DNA of 57,538 nucleotides from the NCBI GenBank assembly GCA_050049995.1, contig JASFVE010000001.1:1-57538 (forward strand). The letters run 5' to 3'. Positions 8,853-18,442 of the stretch are shown here, one piece after another; the stretch's first letter is position 1, and each line of letters opens with the position of its first letter. The stretch comes from Chlamydiota bacterium (lineage in GTDB: Bacteria; Chlamydiota; Chlamydiia; Chlamydiales; SM23-39). The notes below the pieces were generated by a model. That model saw nothing but the letters and a program-made list of their open reading frames with translations, ran no database searches and was not told the DNA's origin. The position numbers and the translations under genes are program-made.

Positions 8853-9302
8853 TTACTTAGTTTCGTTTTCTTCGCTTGGAGCTGATTCAGCTTCATTTTT
8901 CACAGCTGGAGCTGCTTTTTTAGAAGAAGAAACTTTTAACTCTGATCTTATTCCAAGATGCTCTTTTACTTTAGCTGCTTTACCTGATCGACCTCTTAAG
9001 TAATACAACTTAGCTCTTCTTACTTTACCCTTTTTAACAAGTTCAATTTTTGCAACTTTAGGGCTATGTAAAAGGAAAACCCTTTCCATACTAGAGCCGT
9101 AAGCATTTCTATAAACAGAAAAAGTTTCTGAAAGACCAAACCCTTTACGAGCAATAACTGTACCCATAAATACCTGAATTCTTTCTTTTTGTCCTTCTAC
9201 AATACGAGTATGGACTCGAACTGTATCTCCAATTTGGAACTGAGGAATTTCGTCCTTTAAATGCGTAGATTCAAAGTCCTGAATAAGCTGACTGCGATTC
9301 AT
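8853..9302 (-). CDS. rplS: 50S ribosomal protein L19 with Ser/Lys/Glu-rich C-terminal tail
   Basis: 149 aa: FQIGDTVRVH..I.EG.KERIQ.F.G.VIA.KG...ETF.V. The tail SELKVSSSKKAAPAVKNEAESAPSEENETK is additional to the usual roughly 115-aa L19. Confidence 0.95.
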   Translation of the reverse strand: MNRSQLIQDFESTHLKDEIPQFQIGDTVRVHTRIVEGQKERIQVFMGTVIARKGFGLSETFSVYRNAYGSSMERVFLLHSPKVAKIELVKKGKVRRAKLYYLRGRSGKAAKVKEHLGIRSELKVSSSKKAAPAVKNEAESAPSEENETK

Positions 9303-9314
9303 GAGAATTTCTCC

Positions 9315-10013
9315 TTAATTATTGTTGTCTAGTTGATCTTGATATTTTTCGTACAAATCAGGTCTAACTAAACGAGTCTTTTCTAAACCTTTTTGTTTTC
9401 GCCAATTTTTTATTTTTTCATGATGCCCTTCCATCAAAACAGAAGGCACTTCATGACCTTTATATACTTGCGGTCTTGTGTAATGAGGGCTGTCAAAAAT
9501 ACCTTCTTCAAATGAATCCTGGTATACAGCATCCGGATGTCCAATAACTTCGGGAACAAATCTTATAACAGCATCTACAAATACTACTGCTGCTGGACAC
9601 CCACTTGTTAAAACATAGTCCCCAATACTCACTTCCCTATCTACACAGGTATCAATAATCCGTTGGTCAATTCCTTCATAATGACCGCATAGTAAAATCA
9701 AATGATCATACTTGGCTAAAGTATGACACATTTGAGAGTTTAACTGACTTCCTTGCGGAGACAGATAAATAACGTGTGAGTTTTCTTTTCTCACATTATT
9801 GATGGCACTTTCTAAGGGCTCTGGCATCAAAACCATTCCCGGCCCTCCACCATAAGGCCTGTCGTCTACTGATTGATGTTTATCTTTAGCAAAATCCCGA
9901 ATATTATGGGATCGAATATTAACCAGCCCTTTTTCTCGAGCTCTTTTAATCATGCTTGCATTAAAAGGACTGTCAAAATACTCGGGAAACAAAGATAAAA
10001 TATCTATCAGCAT
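9315..10013 (-). CDS. trmD: tRNA (guanine37-N1)-methyltransferase
   Basis: 232 aa: IDILSLFPEYF, DDRPYGGGPGMV, LLCGHYEGIDQR, SIGDYVLTSG. Confidence 0.95.
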   Translation of the reverse strand: MLIDILSLFPEYFDSPFNASMIKRAREKGLVNIRSHNIRDFAKDKHQSVDDRPYGGGPGMVLMPEPLESAINNVRKENSHVIYLSPQGSQLNSQMCHTLAKYDHLILLCGHYEGIDQRIIDTCVDREVSIGDYVLTSGCPAAVVFVDAVIRFVPEVIGHPDAVYQDSFEEGIFDSPHYTRPQVYKGHEVPSVLMEGHHEKIKNWRKQKGLEKTRLVRPDLYEKYQDQLDNNN

Positions 10014-10014
10014 A

Positions 10015-10329
10015 TTATGCTTTTTTCTTTTTACCTTTAAGGCGAAGCTTTTTTGTTAGTTTTTTTTCTAGCAATCCTTTTACTAGATCTGGAGAAGACT
10101 GTTTTACTAAAGCATGTGCTTTAGGTGTCATTATAGCTCCCTTGTCTAACCAAAGCTGAACCTTATCTGCATCAATAAAGAGATTTTTTTCATTCTCTTC
10201 ATGTGGGTTGTACCAACCTAACATTTCGATATATTTACCATCGCGTGGATTTTTTTTATCTGTAACGACAAGACGATATGTCTGGCGGTTTGTCCTTCCT
10301 TGTTGGCGTAATCTAATCATTAGTGCCAT
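10015..10329 (-). CDS. rpsP: 30S ribosomal protein S16 with Lys-rich tail
   Basis: 104 aa: MIRLRQQGRTNRQTYRLVVTD...DGKYIE.LG.YNP. Confidence 0.95.
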   Translation of the reverse strand: MALMIRLRQQGRTNRQTYRLVVTDKKNPRDGKYIEMLGWYNPHEENEKNLFIDADKVQLWLDKGAIMTPKAHALVKQSSPDLVKGLLEKKLTKKLRLKGKKKKA

Positions 10330-11675
10330 TTCATTTCCTCCATCTGGTGTTTCATGTCTGACATTCCTCCTTTAAAGAGGGACTTTTTTAATCCTGGCAT
10401 TTTTTTCATAAATTGCTTCATTCGTTTAAAGCTCTTAACCATTCTATTCACTTCTTCTATTTTAAGCCCACAACCCCTAGCTATACGTTTTCTTCGACTA
10501 TGAATGAGATCATCCTTTTCGCGTCTTTCATTGGGAGTCATGGAAAGAATAATAGACTCTACTTTTTTCAATTCAGTCTCTGATAAGTCAAAATCTTTCA
10601 TTCCCGACATTCCGGGGATCATCCCCAAAAGGGATTTTAAAGACCCCATCCTTTTAACCATTCTCATTTGCTTGAGATAGTCTTCATAGGTAAATGAGGC
10701 TTTTTTTAACTTTTGCTCTAAATCTTTTTCTTCTTGGTCAGTAATCGCATCTTGAGCCTTTCTAACTAAATTAATGACATCTCCCATCCCTAAGATTCGG
10801 TCTGCCATTGACTTTGGGTTAAAAAGTTGAAGGTCTTCAACTTTCTCTCCAATACCTTCAAACTTTAAAGGCTTATTCGTAATTTCTCTTATAGAGATAG
10901 CAGCTCCGGCTCTCGCATTTCCATCAAGCATAGATAAAATAGAACCAGTAATTTCTATTTGTGCATTAAATTCTTGAGCTGTTTTAACAGCATCCTGTCC
11001 TGTCGTTGCATTTGCCACAAATAAAACTTCGTCAGGGCTGAGCACTCGTTTCATCTCTTTAAGCTCATCCATCAGTTTATCATCTACATGCAGCCTTCCA
11101 GCTGTATCAACAATCAGAACTTCGAATCCTTCTTTTTGAGCTTTTTCAAGAGCTTTTTTTGCTACCTTTACAGGGTTCTTCTCTCCTCTATCCGTATAAA
11201 CGGGAATATCAATAGTTGAGGCTAGCTTTTCTAGTTGATCCATTGCTGCAGGTCTAGCCAAATCACAGCCGGCTAGTAAAATCTTTTTTTTACCCTCTTT
11301 TTTTGCTATGTAATTAGCTAACTTTACAGAGTGGGTAGTTTTACCAGATCCTTGCAAGCCACATAGCATGATAACACTCGGCACTCCTTTCAAAGTCAAA
11401 GGAGCTTCATCATGCCCCATTAACTCAATGAGTCCGTCATGGACCATTTTAGTAAACTGCTGAGCAGGCTTTACCGACTTAATAAGGGTTTCGCCAATAG
11501 CTTGTTCTTTAAGCCTTTTAACTAAAGTACTTGCAACTGTATAGCTTACATCAGCCTCTAAGAGAGCCAACCTGACATCCCTCATAGCTTCAGCTATATT
11601 ATCTTCGTTTAGTTTCTTAGGGGTTTTTAATTTAGTAACCAACCCTTGAAACTTTTCAGTAAAAGACCCAAACAT
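10320..11675 (-). CDS. ffh: signal recognition particle protein Ffh
   Basis: GLQGSGKTT, DTAGRLH, and a Met-rich M domain (MGSLKSLLGMIPGM). I prefer the ATG at 11675 (MFGSFTEKF...), which matches the usual Ffh N-terminus, over the track's GTG at 11687. Confidence 0.93.
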   Translation of the reverse strand: MFGSFTEKFQGLVTKLKTPKKLNEDNIAEAMRDVRLALLEADVSYTVASTLVKRLKEQAIGETLIKSVKPAQQFTKMVHDGLIELMGHDEAPLTLKGVPSVIMLCGLQGSGKTTHSVKLANYIAKKEGKKKILLAGCDLARPAAMDQLEKLASTIDIPVYTDRGEKNPVKVAKKALEKAQKEGFEVLIVDTAGRLHVDDKLMDELKEMKRVLSPDEVLFVANATTGQDAVKTAQEFNAQIEITGSILSMLDGNARAGAAISIREITNKPLKFEGIGEKVEDLQLFNPKSMADRILGMGDVINLVRKAQDAITDQEEKDLEQKLKKASFTYEDYLKQMRMVKRMGSLKSLLGMIPGMSGMKDFDLSETELKKVESIILSMTPNERREKDDLIHSRRKRIARGCGLKIEEVNRMVKSFKRMKQFMKKMPGLKKSLFKGGMSDMKHQMEEMKWH

Positions 11676-11730
11676 AAAAAAAAACACTAGGTTTTAATAA
11701 TTTATAACGTTAATAGAATAATCTAAAAAA

Positions 11731-12573
11731 TCATTCTATTTCAAGGAAAAAGAACCTATCAAGCCCTGCCCAATCAGCGTAAAATTCTTTTTTTACCCAA
11801 AAAGGTTGATTAAAAATTTCACTTAACCCTTCTTTCTGCGTTGCACCTATTTCAAAAAGGACTTTTCCACCAGGGTTAAGGTACTTATGCAAATTTTTAG
11901 AAAGCTTCTCATAATGCTCATACCCAGTCTTCCCTGACAATAAAGCTATTTTAGGCTCAAAAGGATTATTAGCTTCCAAATACTCACTTTCAGATAAATA
12001 AGGAGGGTTACAAAAAATAAAATCTGCTTTTTGATTTTTGAAAGGCGATAAAAGGGATCCTTTTAAGGCCTGGATGCTCACCTTATTTTCTTCTGCATTT
12101 TTAAGAGCTATTTTCAAAGCTGATTGAGAAATATCTGAAGCAATTACCCTTAAGTCAGAAAAATGTTTTTTGGCAGCGATAGCCAAACACCCAGTCCCTG
12201 TACATACATCAAACAAAACTTTATTTTTCAAATCCAAATTTTTTACTCTATCGACAAAATGCTCAAATAAAATTTCAGTTTCTACTCGGGGAATTAAGAC
12301 AGAAGAATTTACACTAATTGAACAGGAAAAAAAAGTAACCTTACCTAAAATATACTCTAGTGGAACACCCTTCGCCTTTTTGAATAAAAGCTTTTTTATG
12401 GCTTCAATAGCTTTAGAATCAATTTTTTTTTCAAATTGAAGGTATATATCAAGTCGATCTAGACCTAGAACAAAAGCTATGATTTCTTCAGACGCCCTTT
12501 TATAACTTTCACAAGATCTTTTTTTTAAATAAGAAAAAGAGTAATGCAAAACTTCTTCAATAGTTTTCATCAC
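11731..12573 (-). CDS. prmC: release-factor glutamine N5-methyltransferase PrmC/HemK
   Basis: 280 aa with SAM motif [10 protein letters not shown] and catalytic NPPY (FCNPPYLS). It has a 4-nt overlap with prfA. Confidence 0.9.
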   Translation of the reverse strand: MMKTIEEVLHYSFSYLKKRSCESYKRASEEIIAFVLGLDRLDIYLQFEKKIDSKAIEAIKKLLFKKAKGVPLEYILGKVTFFSCSISVNSSVLIPRVETEILFEHFVDRVKNLDLKNKVLFDVCTGTGCLAIAAKKHFSDLRVIASDISQSALKIALKNAEENKVSIQALKGSLLSPFKNQKADFIFCNPPYLSESEYLEANNPFEPKIALLSGKTGYEHYEKLSKNLHKYLNPGGKVLFEIGATQKEGLSEIFNQPFWVKKEFYADWAGLDRFFFLEIE

Positions 12574-13634
12574 ACTTCAAATTTTTTCTGATAGTAAAAG
12601 GATATAAGAGCGTTGGACACTTCTTCCAGCTCCCCTTCCATTACTATATCTAAATTATAAAGGGTAAGCCCTATTCTATGATCTGTAATTCTATTTTGTG
12701 GAAAATTGTAAGTTCTTATTCTTTCAGACCGATCTCCAGAACCTACCTGAGATGACCTCAACTCAGAAATCTCCTGCTTTTTCTTTCTTTCTCTTTCTTC
12801 AGCAACTTTAGCTTTCAAAAGTCTAAGAGCTTTATCCTTATTTTTAATCTGACTTCTTTCATCTTGACAGCAGACTACTGTATTGGTCGGGATGTGCGTA
12901 ATTCTCACAGCAGAGTCTGTGGTATTTACATGCTGACCACCTGCTCCTGAAGCACGATAAGTTTCAATCCTAAGATCTTTATCATCTATTTGAAACTCTT
13001 GCTCCTCTGGCTCAAGTAAAATAGCAACAGTAATCGCAGATGTATGAACGCGCCCTTGTGTTTCAGTTGCAGGAACTCTTTGAACCCGATGCGTACCTGA
13101 CTCAAATTGCATATAACGGAAAACATTTTTCCCAGTTAATGCCCAAATATACTCTTTGTAACCACCAAAATCAGATTCCGTACATGAAAGCAATTCTGTA
13201 TTCCACCCCATTTTAGAAGCAAAATTTTTGTACATTCTAACGCAGTTACCTACAAAAATAGCAGCTTCATCACCTCCTGTCCCTGCTCGAATCTCCATAA
13301 TAATATTTCTATTATCTCTCGGATCAGGTGGAACAATTAAAGTTTGAAGCTTACTTTTTAAAACTTGGACTTCTGCACTCAAAGTAGAAAGTTCTTCTTC
13401 AATAATAGAGGCCATTTCGGGATCCGTTTCCAGCTTCATAAGCTCTTTGTTCTCTTGAACCGCTTTTTTGTTGCTGTTATATTTCTCCCAAACCTCTTTC
13501 AAAGTAGAAAGATGCGAGTACTCTTGCGTAAGTTCTTTATATTTTTTCTTATCTGATAAAACATCTGGCTCTCCAAGCAGCCCTTCCACAACAATTAATC
13601 TATCAAGCAGCTGCTGGACTTTTTGTTCTATCAT
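12570..13634 (-). CDS. prfA: peptide chain release factor 1
   Basis: 354 aa with the GGQ motif ([16 protein letters not shown]) and the PAT tripeptide ([10 protein letters not shown]) specific for RF1. Confidence 0.96.
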   Translation of the reverse strand: MIEQKVQQLLDRLIVVEGLLGEPDVLSDKKKYKELTQEYSHLSTLKEVWEKYNSNKKAVQENKELMKLETDPEMASIIEEELSTLSAEVQVLKSKLQTLIVPPDPRDNRNIIMEIRAGTGGDEAAIFVGNCVRMYKNFASKMGWNTELLSCTESDFGGYKEYIWALTGKNVFRYMQFESGTHRVQRVPATETQGRVHTSAITVAILLEPEEQEFQIDDKDLRIETYRASGAGGQHVNTTDSAVRITHIPTNTVVCCQDERSQIKNKDKALRLLKAKVAEERERKKKQEISELRSSQVGSGDRSERIRTYNFPQNRITDHRIGLTLYNLDIVMEGELEEVSNALISFYYQKKFEV

Positions 13635-13960
13635 TACTTCTTCTTAGACTTTGCTACTTTTTTCTTAGGTGCAGCTTCTTTTTCTTCTTGCTTTTGCTGA
13701 TCTTGTTTTTGCTGCTCTTTTTTCATTCTGTAGCGTTTTGTAAACTTATCCACTCTTCCTTCTGTATCTAGAATTTGAGTACTTCCAGTATAAAATGGAT
13801 GAGAAGATGAAGAAATAGAAACCTTAACGGCAGGATATTCTTTTCCTTCAAATTCAGCTCTCTCTTCTGTCTGCAAAGAGCTGCCAATTAAAAATTTTGC
13901 TCCAGTAGAAGAGTCTATAAATAATACGTCTTGATATGGAGGATGTATTTCGTCTTTCAT
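13634..13960 (-). CDS. rpmE: 50S ribosomal protein L31 (type B-like, no CxxC) with Lys/Gln-rich tail
   Basis: [12 protein letters not shown]...HPFYTG...D..GRV.KF. The ATG at 13960 has a GGTGA Shine-Dalgarno 6-7 nt upstream, whereas the track start at 13969 is GTG. The tail is [29 protein letters not shown]. Confidence 0.9.
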   Translation of the reverse strand: MKDEIHPPYQDVLFIDSSTGAKFLIGSSLQTEERAEFEGKEYPAVKVSISSSSHPFYTGSTQILDTEGRVDKFTKRYRMKKEQQKQDQQKQEEKEAAPKKKVAKSKKK

Positions 13961-14096
13961 TCCAGTCACCTATATGAAAATTTTCCCTATAAGAGTACCC
14001 TTTGAGGGCTAATTAACTCAAGAATTTTTAGGGAAATGGCTATTAAGTTTTGCTGGAATGGTATATACTTCAAGCAAAAACTCCTAGTATTAAAAA

Positions 14097-14840
14097 ATGT
14101 TTTCAAACAATAGCACACCAAGTTATTCAAATACACCCAAGCCCCTTAAAATAATTATTTCATTGTCAGTTGGGCTAACATTACTTTCTTCTATCGTTAA
14201 ACCATTTATACCTTTACTAGGTTTAAGTGTTGTTGGCTTTTTGAGTGGTCAATACTGGCAAATTTTTTCCTTTACATTTTTACAACCAGAAGCCGGCATC
14301 ATTAATTTTTCTTCCATCCTTCACCTATTTTTATATATGGCCGTTATTTGGACAGCGGGAAATGAAATAATAAAAAGCAAAAGTTCATCTACTTTTTTAG
14401 TCCTCTACTTTAGCTCCGCTTTAATAAGTGGCCTATCCGCTCTTGGCTTTATGCATCTTTTTCACAACTATACTATAGCGTTTGGCTTGCCGCTAATTGC
14501 CACCTCGTTAATAACTGGGTGGGTGATGTTAAATCCTTTTTCAAGAATATATTTATTTCATTCTTTTCCCGTTCAAACATCTCATCTAGCCTCAGCCTTT
14601 TTACTAATAAGGGGACTTTCTCTCTTATCTGATGAACAATACACTGATTTTTTCACTACTTTGACCATCGTTATATTTAGCTATTTATATTCCTTGATCA
14701 TGTGGAAAAACAATGGCCCTTTTAAAAAATGGCATAAACTAGAAGATGTAGTTATTCGCTTTTTTCAATTCAAAATTAGAAGAAAAAAAGCAAATATTTA
14801 CGACATAAACGAAGAAAGAAAGAACCGCAACTTTTTTTAG
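14097..14840 (+). CDS. rhomboid-fold membrane protein, apparently lacking the catalytic Ser (pseudoprotease candidate)
   Basis: 247 aa, multi-TM. YWQIFSFTFLQ....ILHLFLYMAVIWTAGNEI parallels rhomboid TM2 (WR..T..F.H....H...N......G..E). FGLPLIATSLITG sits where G-x-S-G is expected. SHLASAFLLIRG parallels the TM6 AHxxG His. Confidence 0.5.
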   Translation: MFSNNSTPSYSNTPKPLKIIISLSVGLTLLSSIVKPFIPLLGLSVVGFLSGQYWQIFSFTFLQPEAGIINFSSILHLFLYMAVIWTAGNEIIKSKSSSTFLVLYFSSALISGLSALGFMHLFHNYTIAFGLPLIATSLITGWVMLNPFSRIYLFHSFPVQTSHLASAFLLIRGLSLLSDEQYTDFFTTLTIVIFSYLYSLIMWKNNGPFKKWHKLEDVVIRFFQFKIRRKKANIYDINEERKNRNFF

Positions 14841-15082
14841 TCCTTCTTCTCATTTAAAAGTGCATTTAAAGCACTATGCACAGATTGTATTCCGTGTAAA
14901 AACCCTTCTTCATAGCGAAACAAAGGATGGTTTTCTAGCTGGGGATAATCATTTGGCTGCAAAAGGTCTTCATCGGTAATATTCGGCACATAATTTTGAG
15001 CCAGTTTGCGAAGTCTATTACACTGTTGCGTTGCAAGTTCTTCTAGTAAATTAGAGATTTCTTCTAAGGGATTTTTTTTCAT
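14837..15082 (-). CDS. hypothetical small protein
   Basis: 81-aa ORF downstream of and overlapping the tadA end by 32 nt. The 3' end overlaps the convergent rhomboid-like gene by 4 nt. No family recognised. Confidence 0.45.
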   Translation of the reverse strand: MKKNPLEEISNLLEELATQQCNRLRKLAQNYVPNITDEDLLQPNDYPQLENHPLFRYEEGFLHGIQSVHSALNALLNEKKD

Positions 15083-15566
15083 TTCTTACCTTTTCAAAAA
15101 ATGCCTGCATTAATTCTGCTACCTCTCCTTCTAAGGGACCCTGGGAAATTTCCACGGTATGGATGGGATGGCCTTTAGAAAAAACATCGATCCAGCTACC
15201 ATTAGCACCAACCCTTAAATCTTTAGCTGCCCAAACAACTCTATCTACTCTCGTAGCATAGATAGCACCTGCACACATAAGACACGGCTCTAACGTACAA
15301 TAAAGCGTTGCACCCTCTAAACGCCAATCTCCTAAATGTTCACTGCCTGAAGTTAGACATATCATTTCTGCATGCGCTGTTGCATCCTTTAAAAGCTCTA
15401 CTTGGTTATGCCCTCTAGCAATAATTTTATCATTATGAACTAAAACACAACCAACAGGTACTTCATTCATTTCATAAGCCATTTGAGCTTGTCTGAATGC
15501 TTCTTTCATGAATATTAGGTCCTTTTTAGATCTTTCTAAAGCGTTGGATAAATCAGTTATTGGCAT
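15051..15566 (-). CDS. tadA: tRNA-specific adenosine-34 deaminase
   Basis: 171 aa with CDA zinc motifs HAEMICL and PCLMCAGA, and typical TadA length. Confidence 0.92.
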   Translation of the reverse strand: MPITDLSNALERSKKDLIFMKEAFRQAQMAYEMNEVPVGCVLVHNDKIIARGHNQVELLKDATAHAEMICLTSGSEHLGDWRLEGATLYCTLEPCLMCAGAIYATRVDRVVWAAKDLRVGANGSWIDVFSKGHPIHTVEISQGPLEGEVAELMQAFFEKVRNEKKSLRRNL

Positions 15567-15746
15567 ATTGTTTTTTTTAACCTTTTAGAGCTCATTTTTT
15601 CATTCCTCACAAGATCTCTAATTTTTGACTATCTTTAGAAACTTAAGGAATGAAATTTATTTTACCATTTTGTATAATGGCTTAGCAAGTTGATTTAAGG
15701 AAAAATCATTTCTTTATATTGCAAATTTTTTTAATTCTGATACACG

Positions 15747-15775
15747 TTGATAAATTTTAAGAGATGCGTTAGAAT
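15747..15775 (+). promoter_or_regulatory. candidate sigma70-type promoter for rpsO-pnp
   Basis: TTGATA (15747-15752), 17-nt spacer, TAGAAT (15770-15775), about 47 nt upstream of the rpsO ATG. A separate perfect TATAAT at 15673-15678 has no convincing -35 element. Confidence 0.4.
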
Positions 15776-15822
15776 TATATTTTGTTTATTAAGAGTTATA
15801 ATTAAAAAGCTGGAGAGTCTAA

Positions 15823-16092
15823 ATGTCTCTTGACAAAGGCACAAAAGAAGAAATTACTAAAAAATTTCAATTACACGAAAAAGACACGGGATCTGCCGAC
15901 GTTCAGATCGCTATTTTGACTGAACAAGTCATAGATCTAACAGAGCACCTTAAAGTGGCCAGAAAGGACCATAGTGCTCGATTAGCCCTAATCAAACTAG
16001 TTGGTCAGAGAAGAAAATTACTTGATTATCTTAATTCTACTGACACAAAAAGATATCAAAATTTAATTACAAGGCTTAAGCTACGTAAGTGA
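15823..16092 (+). CDS. rpsO: 30S ribosomal protein S15
   Basis: 89 aa: [20 protein letters not shown]...[18 protein letters not shown]. Confidence 0.96.
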   Translation: MSLDKGTKEEITKKFQLHEKDTGSADVQIAILTEQVIDLTEHLKVARKDHSARLALIKLVGQRRKLLDYLNSTDTKRYQNLITRLKLRK

Positions 16093-16099
16093 TTTTTTG

Positions 16100-16128
16100 G
16101 GCCGCGTTTACCATGCGGCCTCTTATTT
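16100..16128 (+). terminator. GC-rich hairpin between rpsO and pnp (attenuating terminator or processing site)
   Basis: GGCCGC (16100-16105), 9-nt loop, GCGGCC (16115-16120), then TCTTATTT. The position corresponds to the rpsO terminator / pnp leader of other bacteria. Confidence 0.45.
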
Positions 16129-16262
16129 ACAAAGGAAAGATAGATTGTATGAAGAACAGAAAAAAATTTTTTATTTTACTGTAAAAAATTTCTTTCTGAT
16201 TTTCATCTTTCGATTCTTTCCTTTTTCTTTTATAAATTTTCTATTGCATTTAAGGAGAAACC

Positions 16263-18356
16263 ATGCATCAAGAATCGATTACAATCAAAGCTGGTGATAA
16301 AGAAATTATTTTAGAAACCGGCAAAATAGCAAGGCAAGCAAACGGATCTGTTATGCTGCATTGCGGTGAAACTACTATTTTATCAACAGCTACAGCAGCC
16401 AAAGATCCTATGGAGGGTGTTGATTTTCTTCCACTAAGAGTAGATTATCAAGAAAAATTCTCTTCAGTAGGTAAAACAGCGAGCGGGTTTATTAAAAGAG
16501 AAGGTAAACCATCAGAACGTGAGGTTCTCGTCAGCAGACTTACAGACCGTCCCATTAGACCTATGTTTGAAGACGGTTACTATAAAGACACGCAACTTCT
16601 TACATATGTATATTCTTATGATGGAGTAAATATACCGGATGTTTTAGGAATTTTAGCTGCCTCAGCTGCTTTAACTATTTCTGATATTCCCCTAAAAAAA
16701 CCTATCGGAGCTGTAAGAGTTGGTTTTATTGATCAAGAATTTATTATTAACCCTACTCCAGATCAATTAAAGCAAAGCACTCTTGACCTTGTTTTAGCAG
16801 GGACTGAAGATGCTATATTAATGATTGAAGGATATTGCGACTTTTTAACAGAAGAACAAGTATTAGAAGCGATTGAAAAAGGACACACTGTTATTCAAGA
16901 TATCTGCAAAGCACTTTTAGAGTTCCAAAAAAGGGTAGGAAAAGAAAAAAACAAAGAAGGTTTATATCAATTACCTTCTGAAGTTGTAGCAGAAGTTCAA
17001 AATCATGCAAAAGCTCCTTTAGACGAAGTCTTAAGCATTTCTGACAAAAAAGAAAGAGACTTAAAATTCTCTTATTATTCTGAGCAAATTTTATCAGCTA
17101 TTAACCCCGATCCTGAAAATCCAAGGTTTGAAGAAAGAGATATCAAGATTGCTTTAAAAAAATACAAGTCTGAAAGAATGCGCTCCATGATCGTTAACGA
17201 CAAAAAGCGTATTGATGGACGAGCTACAACTGAAATTCGACCTATTTCTATTGAGCATGGCCTTTTACCTAGAACACATGGAAGTTCTTTATTTACTAGA
17301 GGAGAAACTCAAGCAATAGCTGTTTGCACACTTGGTGGCGAAACAATGGCACAACGCTATGAAGATCTTCATGGTGAAGGAGCTCACCGATTTTATATGC
17401 AATATTTCTTTCCACCATTTTCTGTTGGAGAAGTGGGCCGTATGGGTCCTCCAGGAAGAAGAGAAGTGGGACATGGTAAATTAGCAGAAAGAGCTCTTAC
17501 AGCTATTTTACCAGAGCAAAAAGAATTTCCTTATGTAATTCGTCTAGAATCTAACATTACAGAGTCTAATGGCTCTTCTTCTATGGCTTCTGTCTGTGGA
17601 GGTTGTTTAGCTCTTATGGACGCTGGTGTTCCTGTTAAAAGACCTGTGGCAGGTATTGCTATGGGACTTGTCTTAGAAAAGGATCATTTTGCTATTTTAT
17701 CGGATATCATGGGAACTGAAGATGCTCTTGGTGATATGGACTTTAAAATCACCGGTGATGATAAAGGTATCACAGCATTTCAGATGGATATTAAAGTTGA
17801 AGGAATTACTCATGAAATCATGAGAGCTGCCCTTCTTCAAGCCAAAGATGGCCGCATTCATATTTTAAATAAAATGCTTGAGGTAGTTCCATCATCTAGA
17901 GAAAAGCTTTCTACTTATGCACCTCGCATTGAGACAATGCAGATCAAGCAGAATCAAATTGGAACTGTTATTGGACCGGGCGGAAAACAAATCCGAGCTA
18001 TCGTAGAAGAGACTGGCGTGCAAATAGATATTAGTGACGAAGGAGTTGTAAGCATAGCTTCCACTAACCCTGAATCCATGGAAAGAGCAAAAGAGATAAT
18101 CATCAACCTTACTGGCGACGTAGAAGTTGGCAAGACTTATACTGGCAAGATTGTATCTATTGTTCCTTTCGGACTGTTTGTACAAATTTATAGTAAACAA
18201 GGGCTTTGCCATATTTCAGAAGTTTCCCACTCAAGGATAGACGATCTGAAAAACTACTATAAAGAAGGTGATGAAATTGACGTTAAGGTTCTTGCTGTCA
18301 ATGACCACGGTCAAATCAAATTAAGTCATAAAGTTCTTCTAAAACAAGAAGACTAA
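16263..18356 (+). CDS. pnp: polyribonucleotide nucleotidyltransferase (PNPase)
   Basis: 697 aa with two RNase PH domains (RIDGR, DAxGDMDFK), KH (GPGGKQIR) and S1 (GKIVSIVPFGLFV) domains. AAGGAG Shine-Dalgarno upstream. Confidence 0.97.
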   Translation: MHQESITIKAGDKEIILETGKIARQANGSVMLHCGETTILSTATAAKDPMEGVDFLPLRVDYQEKFSSVGKTASGFIKREGKPSEREVLVSRLTDRPIRPMFEDGYYKDTQLLTYVYSYDGVNIPDVLGILAASAALTISDIPLKKPIGAVRVGFIDQEFIINPTPDQLKQSTLDLVLAGTEDAILMIEGYCDFLTEEQVLEAIEKGHTVIQDICKALLEFQKRVGKEKNKEGLYQLPSEVVAEVQNHAKAPLDEVLSISDKKERDLKFSYYSEQILSAINPDPENPRFEERDIKIALKKYKSERMRSMIVNDKKRIDGRATTEIRPISIEHGLLPRTHGSSLFTRGETQAIAVCTLGGETMAQRYEDLHGEGAHRFYMQYFFPPFSVGEVGRMGPPGRREVGHGKLAERALTAILPEQKEFPYVIRLESNITESNGSSSMASVCGGCLALMDAGVPVKRPVAGIAMGLVLEKDHFAILSDIMGTEDALGDMDFKITGDDKGITAFQMDIKVEGITHEIMRAALLQAKDGRIHILNKMLEVVPSSREKLSTYAPRIETMQIKQNQIGTVIGPGGKQIRAIVEETGVQIDISDEGVVSIASTNPESMERAKEIIINLTGDVEVGKTYTGKIVSIVPFGLFVQIYSKQGLCHISEVSHSRIDDLKNYYKEGDEIDVKVLAVNDHGQIKLSHKVLLKQED

Positions 18357-18365
18357 TATTTATGA

Positions 18366-18403
18366 ATGGAGCTTAAAAATAATCTTTTTAAGCTCCATTT
18401 TTT
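18366..18403 (+). terminator. rho-independent terminator after pnp
   Basis: A perfect 14-bp stem ATGGAGCTTAAAAA (18366-18379) / TTTTTAAGCTCCAT (18385-18398) with loop TAATC and a T-run through 18403. Confidence 0.7.
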
Positions 18404-18442
18404 CGCATTCCCAAATACTATTCTTTTATTTTTTTCACGCAA

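Noticed and set aside
15598-15655. 10-bp inverted repeat TTTCATTCCT / AGGAATGAAA in the tadA-rpsO divergent region
   Set aside because: The 38-nt loop makes a stable RNA hairpin unlikely. It could be an operator-like palindrome, but I have no supporting evidence.
16097-16297. 66-aa ORF in the rpsO-pnp intergenic leader
   Set aside because: It starts inside the terminator hairpin, overlaps the pnp start, is Phe-rich and low-complexity, and has no Shine-Dalgarno. The region is better explained as the pnp 5' leader.
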